A DNA stretch of 64,000 nucleotides from Chrysomallon squamiferum (GCA_012295275.1 CM022672.1:23126001-23190000); one strand, 5' to 3'. Numbered from the stretch's first letter, positions 37,731 to 52,811 are shown. Made by a program: numbers and translations. The notes: generated by a model from the letters alone, not told the origin.

Positions 37731-40369
37731 ATCAATATCGACATCAGAGTAAACTTGGGGGACGTAGTCACCGATATGAACAACGACACTGAGAGACGTC
37801 GCCATTGCAAAGTGATCACATGCTGAGAGAGATGGACAAGATGACGACAACAATAGAAATACTCAACAACATTGCTCAGGTGTTCTTCCTACCCGGGGCT
37901 CGACCTTTCCAAATAAAAAAAGTGATAGGAACATTTGAGGCTGAACCAGTTCACGGGAGACAAGATGATTAATACGTGCAGGCCAATATACTCTTCAAAA
38001 TTCTCTTAAAGATATTAATTTATCTACGAAACAGTCTGTCAGTGCTAATAAATAGTTCCATTATTCTAACGAGATTTTTTTAGATTTATATTTGACACCG
38101 CGCTGCCCCTTTTCTGCGGAAAAGCCATTAGACAAAAAAACGCCATTGATTGCAGTGACTCTGGTAAACCCAAGAATTATATGAATGAAGTCTTAGCAAT
38201 ATCGTGACAGTTTTGATATTAACTGTTATAAAGTTTATTATATTTGAATGAGATGATACAGTTAACATTAAATAAATGTCATGACAAATATAAACCAGGT
38301 CTGTAGGTATTAAAACGAATCTCTTTGGCGCCAGAATTGTCTTTAATGGATAAAGGAGCTAAAAAATGAAAGCTTCCCCCTAGCAATTGTATGATCCTTA
38401 GAGGCATAACGAAACAATCTACTTTGTACTAATGTATAAATAAAGTCGTATATATATTTATATTCATTATTGATATAGATATAGATTTAGATATGTAGAT
38501 ATATATATATATATTTTTTTTTTATTGTACGGCAAAGGTATTTCAAATTTGATTAGTTTGGATTTTAAATTTGTTTGACGAACATAGAATAATTTTTATT
38601 TCAGATGATTTTTCTTGTTTTTGTTGTTGTTCTTCTTGTTACAACAGTTTCTACTACTATTGATTTTACTACTACTTTTACTTGTTCATGTTGCAAGGTT
38701 ATACCAGGATAAGAAGACAGCTACCACGGACATTTCAGTGCAGAACACACTGACTCGCTACAAGAATTTCCCCCACAGAGAGAATATCTAAATTTATAAA
38801 GTATATAATAATATAATATGTCAGTCTTTCGACAAACAACCCACGAGACAGAATGACTCACAAGTGAATATTCTGGAATCAGATATATTTTTTTCTTTTT
38901 ATTCGCTTTTTAATACGTCCAAGAAAATATCTTGAAATAAATCACTTGTATAAAAAAATATACTTACGTAACGTACGAATTATTTCGATGAAAGTAAAGT
39001 ACGTTCAATTTGTAATGGAAAAGTTACGAGCGAAATTCAGTAAAATCTGTAAGAATTATTTAGTAAAAGAAACTTTTTGCGCAGCTAGGTGCACTAGGTA
39101 CACAAAAATGTTCTATTACATTATTTACGAACTATTTCATAGAAGGTGTGTACGTTAGTCAAATAAAAATATCAATATCTGCAGATTTCATATTTTCCTA
39201 GTGAACAATTTGAATGTTATTGTTTTGGAAATAAACTTAACTTACGTGGAATTAGTCATATTAGACATGCAAACGTAGGGGCAGATTTTTTTTCTCTCTC
39301 ATCATTATATAAAACACATATGTCTGAAATATAACTAAATTAATATAAAATGCGTTTAAAGAGTACGTTCATTTATTTAACGAACAAAGCGAAATTCTAC
39401 GTATTAAACACTCGATCTTCAAGAATGAACAGCACTCTGTACTTTCCATGACAATAAGACTGGCGGATTTACGACTTTGCCAGATGCACGTCGTCCAACC
39501 TGATAACAATAATGAAGAAAAAAAAAAATATATAAAAAATGAGGGGGTTGTGCAGTTTGATCTTAAGTTACACAATAGACGAGTGACTCATAACATTGCA
39601 GTGTCAACAGGTAACATCTACAAAAAAACGAAATTGCCGACTGATCGGCGGCTCGGTATAAATTATGGTATAATTATACGTTGTAAAGGTAGAGAACTCT
39701 TGATGATATGACGTATTTCAAATTATCTTGGCTAATGATAGAATACGATTTTTATTTATTTGTTGTTTTTTTCTGTTGGAGATTGAAAACTGGTGAAAAT
39801 AATATCAGCTTACAGTTTTGCTAGGAACAATATTTTATGGGGGACAGAGGTTCTTAGTGTTTTACTAGTGATCAGTAGTAAATGACGATCGCTATTCATT
39901 ACTTACTGAATGCAGTTAAATAAGATTATCCAAAATGGTAACGGAAAATATTTAATTTGCTTTGCAAAAACAGCACAGAATATTTCTACAATTAAAGCAG
40001 CATGAATAATTAAAACCCATATATGTATAATATTAACGGAAAATAAAAACAGTCTAAAATATTAATTAAAAATATTATAATAACAAAAAAATCGAGCTCT
40101 TAAAATTTAATCTGTTTTGTTGTAAACACATTTTTTTTTTATTTAATGTCATAATATTTCTCTCAATCATTTAATCTCCACCATAAAAATATTTTCCAGG
40201 GCCAAATTAATCAAATTAAATAATTTTTTTTTTTAAATTTAATATATTGGCTGATGACTCGACCCAGACCAACTGGCGAGTGTCCGTATTACATTATGAA
40301 CTTTAAATTAGTTTTGATCAAATCCATGCAAATATTTTATATGTTGGTCGTCATACAATCGTGGAGATA

Positions 40370-40600
40370 ATACCAAAGTTGACCTTTCCCCCTGGCGTTA
40401 GCAGACACCGAACAGGCGTCAACAGCGCGTGAAAATTACATCCGGCAGACGACCGTCACGCGCTCTTCTTACAGGCACGAGCAAACGACCACGTGCAGAA
40501 AACCCCCGGGGGTTCGTCGTCATGCGTATTATTGCAACTAAAGCGCCTCTCCGACTGTCGTGTTTTTTTTTTCATTAATTACGTAATACAGATCTAATTA
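40370..40600. promoter_or_regulatory. CpG-rich upstream enhancer-like island
   Basis: TGACCTTT, CGCGTGAAA 40426-40434, GCAGACGA 40445-40452, CACGTG, palindrome AACCCCCGGGGGTT 40501-40514, ATTACGTAAT. Confidence 0.45.
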
Positions 40601-42649
40601 AATTTTTTTTTATAAATTAATACGAAATTAACCGAATGACGGGTCTTAAAGGTTTTAGTAAAACAATTCCACATATTCGATTCAAAACAATTCCTACATT
40701 TTATTTAAGAACTCATGTTATTTTCTTTAAAGTAATGAAGTTAAACGTTCTCTCATTCATAAGTTCTTTAATTTATCAATACTGAAAATGCAAACACATA
40801 TATCTTAGGGCTGAGATATATGTATGTATACCTATATATTGATATTATATCAGAAGGTTCATTTGGATACACTCCTATCTCCGTTTGTGTTTTGTAAACC
40901 CATGCCAGATTAAATAACAGGTTCATTGAATATTCTGAACTGTTGTTCTGAGAGGTTAAATCAAAAGATGACATAACATAAAAATGTTCTTCGCAACCAA
41001 ATATCAAAAGTATTGATACCAAATGATGTAGATCTGTACCCGATACCCCACCATATAGTGTCTCAGAATTTAAATATTATGTTGTTTGACATTTTTATGT
41101 GGTTACCCAAAGTGTGCATTGACATTCAATCCCTGATTCGATGTAAAGGATTAATTGCACATATAAATATGAAATATTTTTTTTTTTTTATGTTATTTCT
41201 TATTTTGTCAGAATCAGACTGTTATTTTTGTTTGTTATAGATAGATCTAACAAAATGTATTAGTACTTTTGATTCTATCTGTATTCAGCAAAAACCAGAT
41301 AATAATAAGTTCCTCTAAATTCATTTAATTTCTTGAAACGAATGCATTTCAAAACAGACTCTAAAACATTCTTATGAAAAGCATCTACTAGTAGATACGT
41401 TGTTTGCCAGACTAAAATTCGCGAGTTTTACATTTGGGCGACAACGGTTGCTATTTAAATTTAAAAAACTCATTTTGCCAGTCGTCGGCCAAACTTTTAT
41501 CCTCTCGTCTGTTGACTGTCGAAAACCCGTCAATATCGTCTGCTCCCATTAACAATGGACCATTTTGCCTTGAAGGCGGTTTGCTTTGTATTTCAAACAC
41601 ACTAAAACCCTGTCAACATGTAAAGATAACACCCAACAGCACAACGGACAATTTTGTGCTGCACAAACCAATTATTGCGCAGGCAGTAAGATTATGACCT
41701 TAAGAGGCTTTGAAGTTCTGAGATCTTTTACTGCTGTCAGTCTTCATACAAATTTTAACGGAGTCTACGGTAACTTCTATCAGATCCTAATACATCATAC
41801 TGAGGTGTATATTAGTATAAAAATGATTTTATCTCATTATATATATAAATAATTTGTCGTTTTAGTTCTTTAATGTAATAACAACGTATTCAAATTCATA
41901 AAGTTACTTGGAATGATATAAATAATCAAACTTTTCTAATAATTAAAATACAAAACTAACTCAAATATACCGTAGACAAACTCATTGAAAGCACTATTCG
42001 TTATTTTTTTATTCTTATAATATTACATCATGGAAAAAAGTAAAAAAAAAAAAAAAAAAAAAAACACTTACCGATATATCAGTTTAAGGACATCACGACA
42101 GAGGTTATTTATTTTGAAATGGGTTTAAGCATAACCAAAACAACCAATGGCTTACATCCATTCTATCGGAATGCATCATTCAAAATTTCGGAACCGTTTT
42201 CGAGGCTTTGTCTACTCTTTGTCTCTAAACTTTTCATACTTTGTAAAAATAAGCCCCTGACTGTAGCTATAACTACCATAGCTATTTTAATAGTTTCTTC
42301 ATACACACACCATTTAAAAAGATGAAGGGATACGTAAAGAGTTGTCGTGACACATTACTATGTGAAGTTAACAGGGAAATAGCTTTTTCCACTCCATCGC
42401 TTCAGATAACCTAATGAGACTACTGAAACCAATTAGACTCAGTGTAACATGTCATTGTATTGTAAGGAAGCGAATGAAATATCACTTTTCAAACAAGTTT
42501 GATCGAGGACTATAGAATAATTCAATCCAGAAAAAAAATCGGTTTTGGTTCTTTAAAAGTGTTAATAAATTTCCTTCCTATGTCTGAATTGTAAACATTA
42601 TCATATAAAGCTGTTGTGATCTTGTTTATTTCTAAATTAATAATTATAA

Positions 42650-42766
42650 TAGTAGTAGTAGTAGTAGTTTTTTGTTGTAGCAGTAGTAGCAGTAATATAA
42701 GTAGTAGTAATAAAAGTAGTAGTAGAAATAGTAGTAGTAGTAGCAGTAGTAGTGGTAGTAGTAGTA

Positions 42767-42820
<54 letters not shown>
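42650..42820. repeat. (AGT)n/(AAT)n trinucleotide repeat
   Basis: Direct observation; source of the 235-aa and 170-aa low-complexity ORFs. Confidence 0.95.
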
Positions 42821-42821
<1 letters not shown>

Positions 42822-43289
42822 CGCTACCATTATTGTCACCACCATTATTATTATCAACAATAATTGTACAACCGTGATTAAAACACCATCATTATTGTTG
42901 TTACTAACACCATCATCATTATTAACAATAACAATAAAAGTTACCAAAGCAACAACTTTAATATCTACGTCATTCATTTCTTTGTTCAGAGACAAATCAA
43001 AGCTTTTCCACCAAAACACGTCAAAACCAATGACAGCAAGAGAAGACACTTCTATCAGAAAGAAACAGTATTCTCTTTTTGAATGGAGTGACAAACACAC
43101 TGACAAACACAGGTTAATCCTGACATAAGCCATAGTTTTAGGAATAGGACACGTTTGCATGACAAGACAGCTAAAAACAATTTGAAATATTCCTTTGAAA
43201 TTTACGTCATAAGATGAACATGAGATCATGAGAACTTCACAAACTTTAAGTTAACTGTTAAACCTAGATGTTAATTAGGTAATTAAAAC

Positions 43290-43597
43290 TCTTATATATA
43301 TATATGTGTCTGTGTGTATGGGTGTTCATATATTTATATGTCTGTATGTATATATGTGTGCATGTCTGTATTTGTGTCTTTATGTCTCTGTGTACGTACA
43401 TACGTGGGTATCTATTTTTTAATCTACATATATATATATTTACGTACGCATTTGTTTGTATATATGTATATATGTATATATGTATGCATGTATGCATGTA
43501 TGTATGTATGTATGTATGTATGTGTGTGGGTGTATGTATGTATGTATGTATGTATGTATGTATGTATGTATGTATGTATGTATGTATGTATGTATGT

Positions 43598-43636
<39 letters not shown>

Positions 43637-43660
43637 TGTTTGCGTGGGTGTATGTGTATG
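43290..43660. repeat. (TATG)n/(TG)n repeat region
   Basis: Direct observation; source of the MYVC/HTYI ORFs. Confidence 0.95.
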
Positions 43661-45051
43661 TTGTGTGAGTGTAAAAGTATATTTAAATACCTGTTTAAAA
43701 AATCCAGAACACTTATCGTGAACATCTTTTTCTTCTATTTGTTTCTTTGTCCATCTGCTTCTCGTTTACATACCATCTGTGTAGTTTTCATAACAGTAAT
43801 ATTCAACATCTCTAACTTTGCCACCCACCACTATTCGGTGACTCATCTATTTATTTTTAATATTATTATATATGTTTTTTCATTCATTTTAAATGTTTCT
43901 TTTATTGACACAAATATTTAATTTACTTTTTTATGAATATTGTTGAACTGATATAATATAAATATACATTTTTATTTCTGACTCTCTTCTGTTTTGAACA
44001 ATTCGCGTGAAAGAAATTCAGTTTTAATACACGACATCAAATATCAGTAAGTGTGAGCGCACAAAAAGAATTGCATTCAAGCTTGACTAGTAATTTCGTA
44101 AACTAATCTTGGTTCTTATTGTAACATGTTTTGAAAAAGTATCGTAATACCTCACGTTCCAATTAAAAAAAAAACGTGAATTTTAATACTCGATTCATAT
44201 TAAACAGGGTGGAACCATCTTTGCTCCCAGTATGAAAAGAAGCTATAGAATTTGTGCAGCTATTATAAAATTTCTCTCTATTTTCCCACACATAAAACTG
44301 ACTGCATTGAAAAGGGTAAAGGTAGTGTTTGAGTTAGGCCGTGCTTCTAAACATAAAGACGAGTTACTTTTTCGTGTGGTTATGGAGAACACACACAAAT
44401 GTAACAGGCCACCGTAACGATTGAGAGGAATTATTCGAATATCCTTGTCTACATCACACGCAAGGTTCAGTGTATATATACGAAAAGGGATTCGCAAGCC
44501 AGACATTTTATTTTTATAATAAATAACAGTGGCGCCCCTCCTTTTTCGAAGTTTCAGGTCTGTCCCTGTGTTATGATATACACTGTACCTCCCGAGTGAA
44601 AAGAAAGAATTTCTATACCTTATTATCGTCATGTTCTTTTTTTCTCTATGCTGTTTTACGTACGCCCTTTTCATTTCATAAAGCATGTTTTAATATGACG
44701 ACAGTATTTGCTTAGAGAATCGTAAAAAGCCACTGTTTGATTTTCGTTTGTAAATAGCTATAAAAGAAATAGCAATTTAGTTTTGAAACGGTGTTCGCTT
44801 GCACTGAGCGACATCTTTCGTCAGAAGGAAATAAACCAATGGTTAGTAAAACACAACAAATACAGCGTGTTTGGAAATTAACACCACTGAATAATATACA
44901 AGTAAATTAAGTAAACCAAATGAATAAGAAAATTAGAAAAGAAATAAATAACAAGCAAATAAAAGTGTTTTCGAGATTGTAAAATCTACATCACGTAGTA
45001 GTACACCCTCTTTTAATTTATGTTTTACGTTGCAGTTACTCATTAACACAT

Positions 45052-45052
<1 letters not shown>

Positions 45053-45103
<51 letters not shown>

Positions 45104-45140
45104 TGTATGTATGTATGTATGTATGTATGTATGTATATAT
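45053..45140. repeat. (AT)n(ATGT)n microsatellite
   Basis: Direct observation. Confidence 0.95.
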
Positions 45141-48039
45141 CATGTGTCTATATATGTATTGGATATTTCTGTACTGACCCATGTATTTTTGTGTATAGTT
45201 TCATTAATTACTAATTAATTAATTAATATATTTTTAATTTATTTGTCTGGATTATATACTAATCTCCCTTCAACCAGTTCAATTGGTGCACGTGCCATGC
45301 AGGTCTTAGCCCAAGTTTAGTAATTTTGTAAAGAGATTCGTGACGTATCATAATTATGACCAGTTTATCATCCATACTTAATTTAACTCGAATGAGAGTC
45401 CAGGTTCACATCTTTGCTACAATAAATATAATAATGATCACATTTCAGTAATTTGGCTTTGGTTTTTATTACACATTAAATCCATGTAGTTATGTACTTG
45501 AAAACACAGACATTAATTTTGCAGGTAGACAGGTTTTATGTATGTATATACTTCCAGAAGGCTGTTTTATTTGTTCCTATTGACCAACCTTTGTTAATAA
45601 TGTGAATGGTAATAATATAACATGTACATACAGATTTTTGTGATCTTGGATGTCGTGTAATTTTGTGATCATACTTTATTGTTAGAAAAGGATGGTGTCC
45701 TTAAACAATAACAAAAAAAAAAAAAAAAAAAAAAAAATTTAGATATAAAAAATGATAAATGTAGCCTGTGAGGTCGAATCACATTAAGTTCTCATTAACT
45801 GAAAATTCGGTAAAATTCCAGACAGTATAATTTTTAAAAGAAAAAAATAAATAAATAACAGTAATTAACCTGACACCCACATTATTAAACTGTCAAACAA
45901 CGAAGTCTATAAGATACTGAAATACGCGCTGATTTCCTATTTGGAAAAATGGAATTAAAAATAGTTATGTCGATAACAATTTTTGCATGAATTTAAAGAT
46001 AATTGGTCGTGTACTAGATCTAGCACAAATTTTAGGCGTTTTCTGCCAAAAAGGATGCTTCATCTCAAATCATGACTCTGCAGAATTGCTTGCATTGACA
46101 AAAGGCATCCACACGTAGCACAGAATAAAAGTTTCAACTGCGTTTTACAAGTTTACAAAAAAGAACCCGAAGAGAATTAATGTTTAAAGAAATGTAATTG
46201 TCACACAAGTAATAATAACATCCTTTTCAAAATGACACTTGAATTAGCGTCAACACACAAAAAAATTAAATATCCTTTTTTTGTAGGACAAACTACACAG
46301 GGAATTCGCTACAGAAGTTGCGTCAATGATGCTGAGAAAAACAGAATAAATTGTATCTGTAAGAAAATGTGAAAAAAGAAAAAAGAAGAGAAAAACTCCT
46401 CCAGGCTTGTTTATGCAAGGTGGTGTACAGATGGGAGGGAAGGAACAGAGATTAAATGTGCGAGGATTATGAGGAGTATTTATGCTTTTTTGAAAATCTT
46501 TATTCAAACAAGATGAGCAGATTGTTTGACGTATAAATCTAGGGAAACATATCATCTTTGCTTTGGGTATTGAAGAATGACTCACAGTGTTAACCGATTG
46601 AAAAAATATTTGAAAGGTCATCTACTGCTTGTTGTGAGCTTTATAAATTATGCACCGATGTCATTCGCATTGTAAATATAATTTCATTAAAAAAATGTTT
46701 GTACTTTGGTCGTTTTAACAGCTTTATACTCTATGTTTGGTTAGTTTTTCGCTGTACATTGCGTAAATTAATTTACTTTGTCCTCGTCTTTATAAAGGTA
46801 ATTGCTTTAAAACATATGAGTGAATAAATAAATACTGGTTTAATGGAACCTCGCCATATTTAAATATTTACCATTATTAGATTTTGAGTGTTTCTGTGTA
46901 ATATATAAAAGGTGAAGCAATCTCTGAACAGTATAATATTTTGATTAATAGCAGAAAAATATATAAAATATGACATGTGATGAGATAAAAATATAAATTA
47001 CCATGAAATGTGGCGGTCAGAGATACAGAGATATAGATAATTTAAATGAAAAATAGAAAGTGTGATAAGAGGGAGAAAAAATAGAAAGAAACAGAGAGAG
47101 AACTTATAAAATGTCTAATACTAATATATATTTCTGTGTGTGCGGGCGCGCGCGTGTGTGAGTGAGTGAGTTAGTAGGTGCGCAAGTTTACTTCCCAAAA
47201 TGCATTCCTGCATTCTAGATTGATTATGCATTGGTTACGCAAGCCTGAAAATACAGAATGACAGAAAGAATTAGAGTGATCGGGAAAAATCAGCGAGAAC
47301 GAGAAAGGACAGACAAGCAAACCGACTAAAAGTAAGACAGACAGACAGAATAAGAATTCTACATTAAGTGTATTAAAATTTGGGTAAGTATACAAGAGAC
47401 AGGGGTGATAGTTATTGATTGCGAACATCAGACAGACTGGTGTATGGTTTGGAATCAGAATGTGGCCTTTGAGAGCTAAATCAGGTAATAATTCAGACTG
47501 TAGGATTATAAATCAGACATAATTATACTTTATTATGTGACTCACTGACTCTCTATACAATATCTCTATCTGAAATGTCCGGACTAATTGTTAACTGAAC
47601 GTATTTTAAATAGATTAACTGAGTGTAAGTGACAGACAGAGGAAATGACCATCTGAATTAGTTCTATTGATTCCGTTACATTAACTGGACAAAGTGACCG
47701 ACAGGTTCCCTCCCTGATGGACACACAATAGCTGGCTGAGATCGATGACATGCCCACGAAAACTTTAACATTTGATTTGGATTATATGTCACAGACAGAT
47801 TAATTAAGGTGAATTATCACTACGAGAGAGAGTTGGCAGTAGCCTACATGATTTAGTTATAATGAAAATATTCATTAAATCCTTAACTTACAAAACGTGT
47901 TTTAAATATACTTCTATGTAATTTTACAAGATGCTTAAACTAATAACAAATAATATCAACAAAAAAAAAAAAAAGGAAAAAAGAAAACCATCTACTCATC
48001 CCACAAAAAATTAAAATAATAATAATTTAAAAAGTATAA

Positions 48040-48116
<77 letters not shown>
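48040..48116. repeat. (AAT)n microsatellite
   Basis: Direct observation. Confidence 0.97.
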
Positions 48117-48118
<2 letters not shown>

Positions 48119-48554
48119 TGAATTAATAAGAATTTTATTTTTTGAGATTCAGAAAAGGCTTTGTTGAATTTTTCAAGGCCTTTAGAGAGTGAGCTAGACA
48201 AACCAACAACTAGGCAGTTAGTAAAAAAAGACAGAAAAAACAACAAAATACAAAACAGACTGGAAACACTAACTACCCAGCTGTCTGGCTGAGAGATACA
48301 TCAAATCATTACGTTACTAACATGTGGCTTTAAGTTAGTCTTGTTTTTCACTTTAGAATTAGACGTACTTCATAGTTAATAAACGTGAGTCATAAATAGT
48401 TTTATCAGTAACATCCACTGCTGTTTAATATATCCTAAGCAAAAGAAAATCGATGTTTTAATTCGACAGTACATGTGGATAATAATAAATAAGTAATGAT
48501 GTAAAAGATAATACCATCGAAACTTAATAAGACGAAAATTAACTCTGAGTTGTT

Positions 48555-48559
<5 letters not shown>

Positions 48560-48610
<51 letters not shown>
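48560..48610. repeat. (GA)n microsatellite
   Basis: Direct observation. Confidence 0.97.
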
Positions 48611-48617
<7 letters not shown>

Positions 48618-49499
48618 TTAAAACAGTTTTCTGTTTACTGTTACAACACTAAAGCATGTATATATTTTCATTCATTAGCATAATATTTATACTCTATACC
48701 ATTAGGTTAGTTAATTTGTAATACTGTTAAAATTCTAACGGGCAGGATTGCCTGGCACCCCTTGGATCCACCTGAGGGTTTAGAAAATATAATCTTCTCT
48801 AAGCATGCCGTACGCAGTCTAAAATGAATTATGTAAAATATTTCCATTGTCTGCGTTTAAATTAAGAAAGTACATAACAGTTCAGTTCGGTACGTATTTT
48901 CAACAAAAGGTACCTGCTCGATAATCAACTGGAATATTGCTCAAAATCCCGAACACCTCTTAAAATTCACGAAACTGTTAAAGATTAATAAAAATTTAAA
49001 ATCACAAAGTGAATGTGAGGACATACCTTTCCCACGGTAAGAACGACACATCCCAGCGTCTGATCCAGCAACAAGAAAATGTACGTAATATCCACACAAT
49101 AGAGAAAAAAACCAGTTTTCATTTCACGTTACATCAGGACTGTGGTTGCCAGCGCCTTTTACAAAAAAGACAGTCTCTCGTACATTAGACAGGATATATT
49201 GTTTCCTGAAATATTTCTAATATGCTTCGACAAGTCGGCTGGTGGTCGGATACTGTGGTAAGGATACAGTGTTCCTCACCGCCTGGTGGTCGTGTCCTGA
49301 CGTATCGGAAAAATGAAGAAAGAAAAAAAATATATATATTCCAAAATATTTATACTATGCTTTGACAAGTTACTTCTGATTTCTGTCCAGCCGGTAAGGA
49401 ATACGGTTTGGCAAGAATATACCTTTATACAAGTCTGTCTGTGTGATTAAACCCAACAGTTTGGTGATATAAGTTTTCTAACAAGTCTGTAACATACTT

Positions 49500-49870
49500 T
49501 TGGCAAGTCCCCTGTATCACACTTCACGTGAGAACTGCGGTGTTGGGATCCCGCTACTAAAGAAAGGCGTCGAGTTGTGTTTCTGTTTCGGAAGCAGCGA
49601 ATCGAGACGCTTTTACTTCTTGGCGTTGTTATTAAAGGAAGCTCGACGCGGTACTGCGAGTTTAGCGTGCCTTTGGCGAGTCAAAGCGCAGCCCACTTCT
49701 CCGCATTCATTGCCAATAAATAAGATTTTCTCTGATGAATAAACTGCTGTATTTGGGATCCAATTTGAAAGGGCTCCTGTTTAGCACAGAGTATTTATTT
49801 TTTGTGAAGTGAGGACTCGATGCAAACAGGTCTAATCGATAAAATGGCACACGCGTTCGAACTATCTGCT
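49500..49870. promoter_or_regulatory. CpG-rich island
   Basis: Dense CpG patch with CACGTG in an AT-rich background; no credible protein in the 80-aa ORF. Confidence 0.3.
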
Positions 49871-51059
49871 TGGAAAAAATGTCACCGAAAAAGAGATCGT
49901 TTGTTTATAAAAGTTAAAAAGCAAATAGAAAAATTAAATTAGTGAATTAAGTATTGGTTGAGACCGTTTGAGTAAGCATGTTTTGTTGGTAGATTTAATT
50001 AGTGATGGCGTATTGGAAGTAAACGTCAGCGATGCAGTAGATAATTGTTAAATCTGTCAACATGTCATCAACCTTGAATAGGCGCCAGATAAAAACTGGC
50101 GCGTGTTAAGATATTTTGTTAAGAAAGAAACTAAAACAAAGTGAAATTGTTTTATTATTGGTATCACGATTGAATTTATTGATATAATAAAAATACAGCA
50201 AATTAATTAGAAATAAATATAGGTAAATTAACGAGAACAAACCCCGAACGAATGGAAAAAAAAAAAATAACATAGAAAAAAAGACCAATGCCATACCCTC
50301 CAACAACAACAATGACAAAAAACGCCTATCAGTTGCAAATATTAAAAAAAAATATAAAGCTACATTTATTCATTCACAGTACCAGTGACCCAATATAATT
50401 AAAGGCAAAAAAAAAAATAAAAAATTTAAAATTTAAAATAAAACTAAAAAAAATAAATAAATGAATAAATAAAGAGAAAAAATCACAAAACCCCCATTGT
50501 AAACACTATTAAAGAAAACGCAACGAAGAATAAACCGTCTCCCCATTCTCTACCACACTGACACCATGTTCTTGCGAATACCTGCTAACAGGGATATATT
50601 TCACGTTCTGGCGAACGGTTCTAAGGATTTAAAACCCATAGATCAGTATTATCAGAAAATCTACCACAGTCGCCGACCACGTCACCTGTTTATTGTAAAA
50701 AGTGATTTAAGTACTACTCCGTTCATTTGTTCAGCAGCAGGCAATACATCTCTCAAAACTTTATTATCAAAGCACTATCCGCTTACCCCTTCTCACGAGG
50801 GTACCGCTTTTGTTCACATAACTCACGGGTCTTTTATTACGAGATAAAACGACAATGGGACGGGTGGAGTGAAGTCAAAACGTCCGAAACCCAATACTAT
50901 TTTAACCTTTTGTTGCTGCGGCCGAAAACAGCTGTATATAGTAAATATGTACACGATATTAATGAGGTGTGGAAAGTTAATCATTTCCCCCAAGAGACGA
51001 TTCTGACAGCAGAGAAGAAAATGATTCCCAACAGTTGCCGTTCATTTATCAGTCAGCGA

Positions 51060-51350
51060 GCATCCATTTGTCTTTGAGTCATCACCTGCCCGCGGTGATT
51101 GTACGACCAGATTGGCTGCGTTGGTCAGTGTCTGCATGTTATTGTACGAACTGAGCGCGTCCGAAATTCCCTCCTCGTAAATTCACCGTAGCTGTTAACA
51201 CGTCCGTCCACGCTACACGTGAGAATTTAAATGGCGTCGGTTTTGAGGCGAGGAGTTAGACCAGTGGTATGGCTTTCGCGTGATGCGCTGTCGATACCCG
51301 CAGATGGCCTTTGTGAACTAATTCCAGCATCACCAAGTCCACATAAACTG
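51060..51350. promoter_or_regulatory. CpG-rich promoter-like island
   Basis: TGAGTCA (AP-1-like) 51075-51081, ATTGG (CCAAT reverse) 51111-51115, CACGTG, AAATGGCG 51229-51236. Confidence 0.4.
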
Positions 51351-51648
51351 ATTCTAAAACTCAAAAAGCTGATGATGAAGTATTAATGTTCTAGAGGTTC
51401 TGTTAAAAAAGAATTCTTCTAGAAAAAAAAATCATACGAGTGAAATATGAAACGTTTTGTATATATTTTACATTATAGATAATACGAAGTGAGGCTACCA
51501 AAAATAGAAACCAGAAAGAAGAAGAGAATAATATTAAATATAGGTAGAAATTCATATTATTTAAAAAAAATTTTTTCGCGATGCTTGTTATCACCATCTT
51601 TTTCTTTTCCAGTTCATTTTCTTCTTCTCATTCCGCTGTATCTTATCC

Positions 51649-51650
51649 CT

Positions 51651-51682
<32 letters not shown>

Positions 51683-51715
51683 TAATAATAATAATAATAA
51701 TAATGATAATAATAA
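51649..51715. repeat. (ATA)n microsatellite
   Basis: Direct observation. Confidence 0.95.
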
Positions 51716-52811
51716 AAATAAAATAAGAAATAATAACCTCTCGCAAAAAAAAAAATAATAAAAAAAAAAAAAACGTAAAAAGAATAAGAAGAAAAAAAGA
51801 AGCTATCTTTAAAAAAAAAAAATATTTCATTAAAAAAAAAAATAAAAAAAAAATAAAAAACTTTCATCGAAGAGATTAAAACAGATAACAAGCCACCTGC
51901 AACCACACCTAAAACCGCCCTCGCGGCGCCATACCCCTCTACTTCAATCTGACACAAGATTGCCTCATGGCGGACAGTGGAGATCTTCCTCGCGAAGTCA
52001 GTGGTGACGCCTGAAGCTGGGAAATGAAAATGTTGTAGGACAAATTCTAAATATACGGTATTGAAAGAATTCCAGTTAAATTAAAGGGGACAGCTGACAG
52101 CGGAAGAGATGTTATCTAGTTTGTTACACGCGGACGTACATTTTATATATTGTGAATGGTTTTAAAAGAAAAAGAAAAGAATATTGTTATCAGTTGAATG
52201 TGTAATGTTTAAGAAAAAAAATACGAAGGAAATGTTTTTATTTCTTGTTCGTATGTTGTTGTTTTTTGTTTGTTTAATTTTTACTACTATTTTTATTATT
52301 GTTGCTATTTAGTCCTACAGTAATTTCTTTAATTTTTAAATTTTAGTTTTATACTAGAAACACTACTGCTTTTTCCACTACTGTTATTTCTACTTCTGAT
52401 ACAACAAAAACAGCAGTTGTGTTATTGCTACTACTAATATTACTACTACTACGTCTACTACTACTACTTCTGCTGATAATACAACACCTACTTGAACTAT
52501 TATTACTGTTAGGGCTATTAATACTACAACCTGCTAGTACTATTATAGTATTAATAATATCTACTATTAGTATATTATTTTATTTATTTTTGTTTTTATT
52601 ATTATTATTATGTTTCTTTCTTTTTCTTTTTTAAGAATGGTGCTTGTCACAAACGTAAATAGAATAAATTACTAAATACAACATAAATACATAGTTAATC
52701 CATGGCCTATGCTTATCTTATAACAAGTAGAACTCCGCTTATATTATTACTAGTACTGATATTGTTTTTATTTTGGTGTTTGTTTTTGCTGGTTTTGTTA
52801 TTGTTATTAAT

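Noticed and set aside
43221-43242. TGAGATCAT (bantam-like seed); also TATCACAG (miR-2-like seed) at ~7434
   Set aside because: Only the seed matches; no mature-sequence match or hairpin.
42522-43921. Long ORFs of 135-235 aa (poly-L, poly-S/N, MYVC, HTYI)
   Set aside because: Translations of tri- and tetranucleotide microsatellites; the same applies to the poly-ER/SL/CV/I/F ORFs elsewhere.
44243-44686. 147-aa ORF with faint LINE-like words (YRNSFF, RKRRG..YYK)
   Set aside because: Motifs are out of the expected order; too weak to call.
50082-50102. Hairpin GCGCCAG-ATAAAAA-CTGGCGC as terminator or Helitron end
   Set aside because: Only a 7-bp stem, with no U-tract and no CTRR end.
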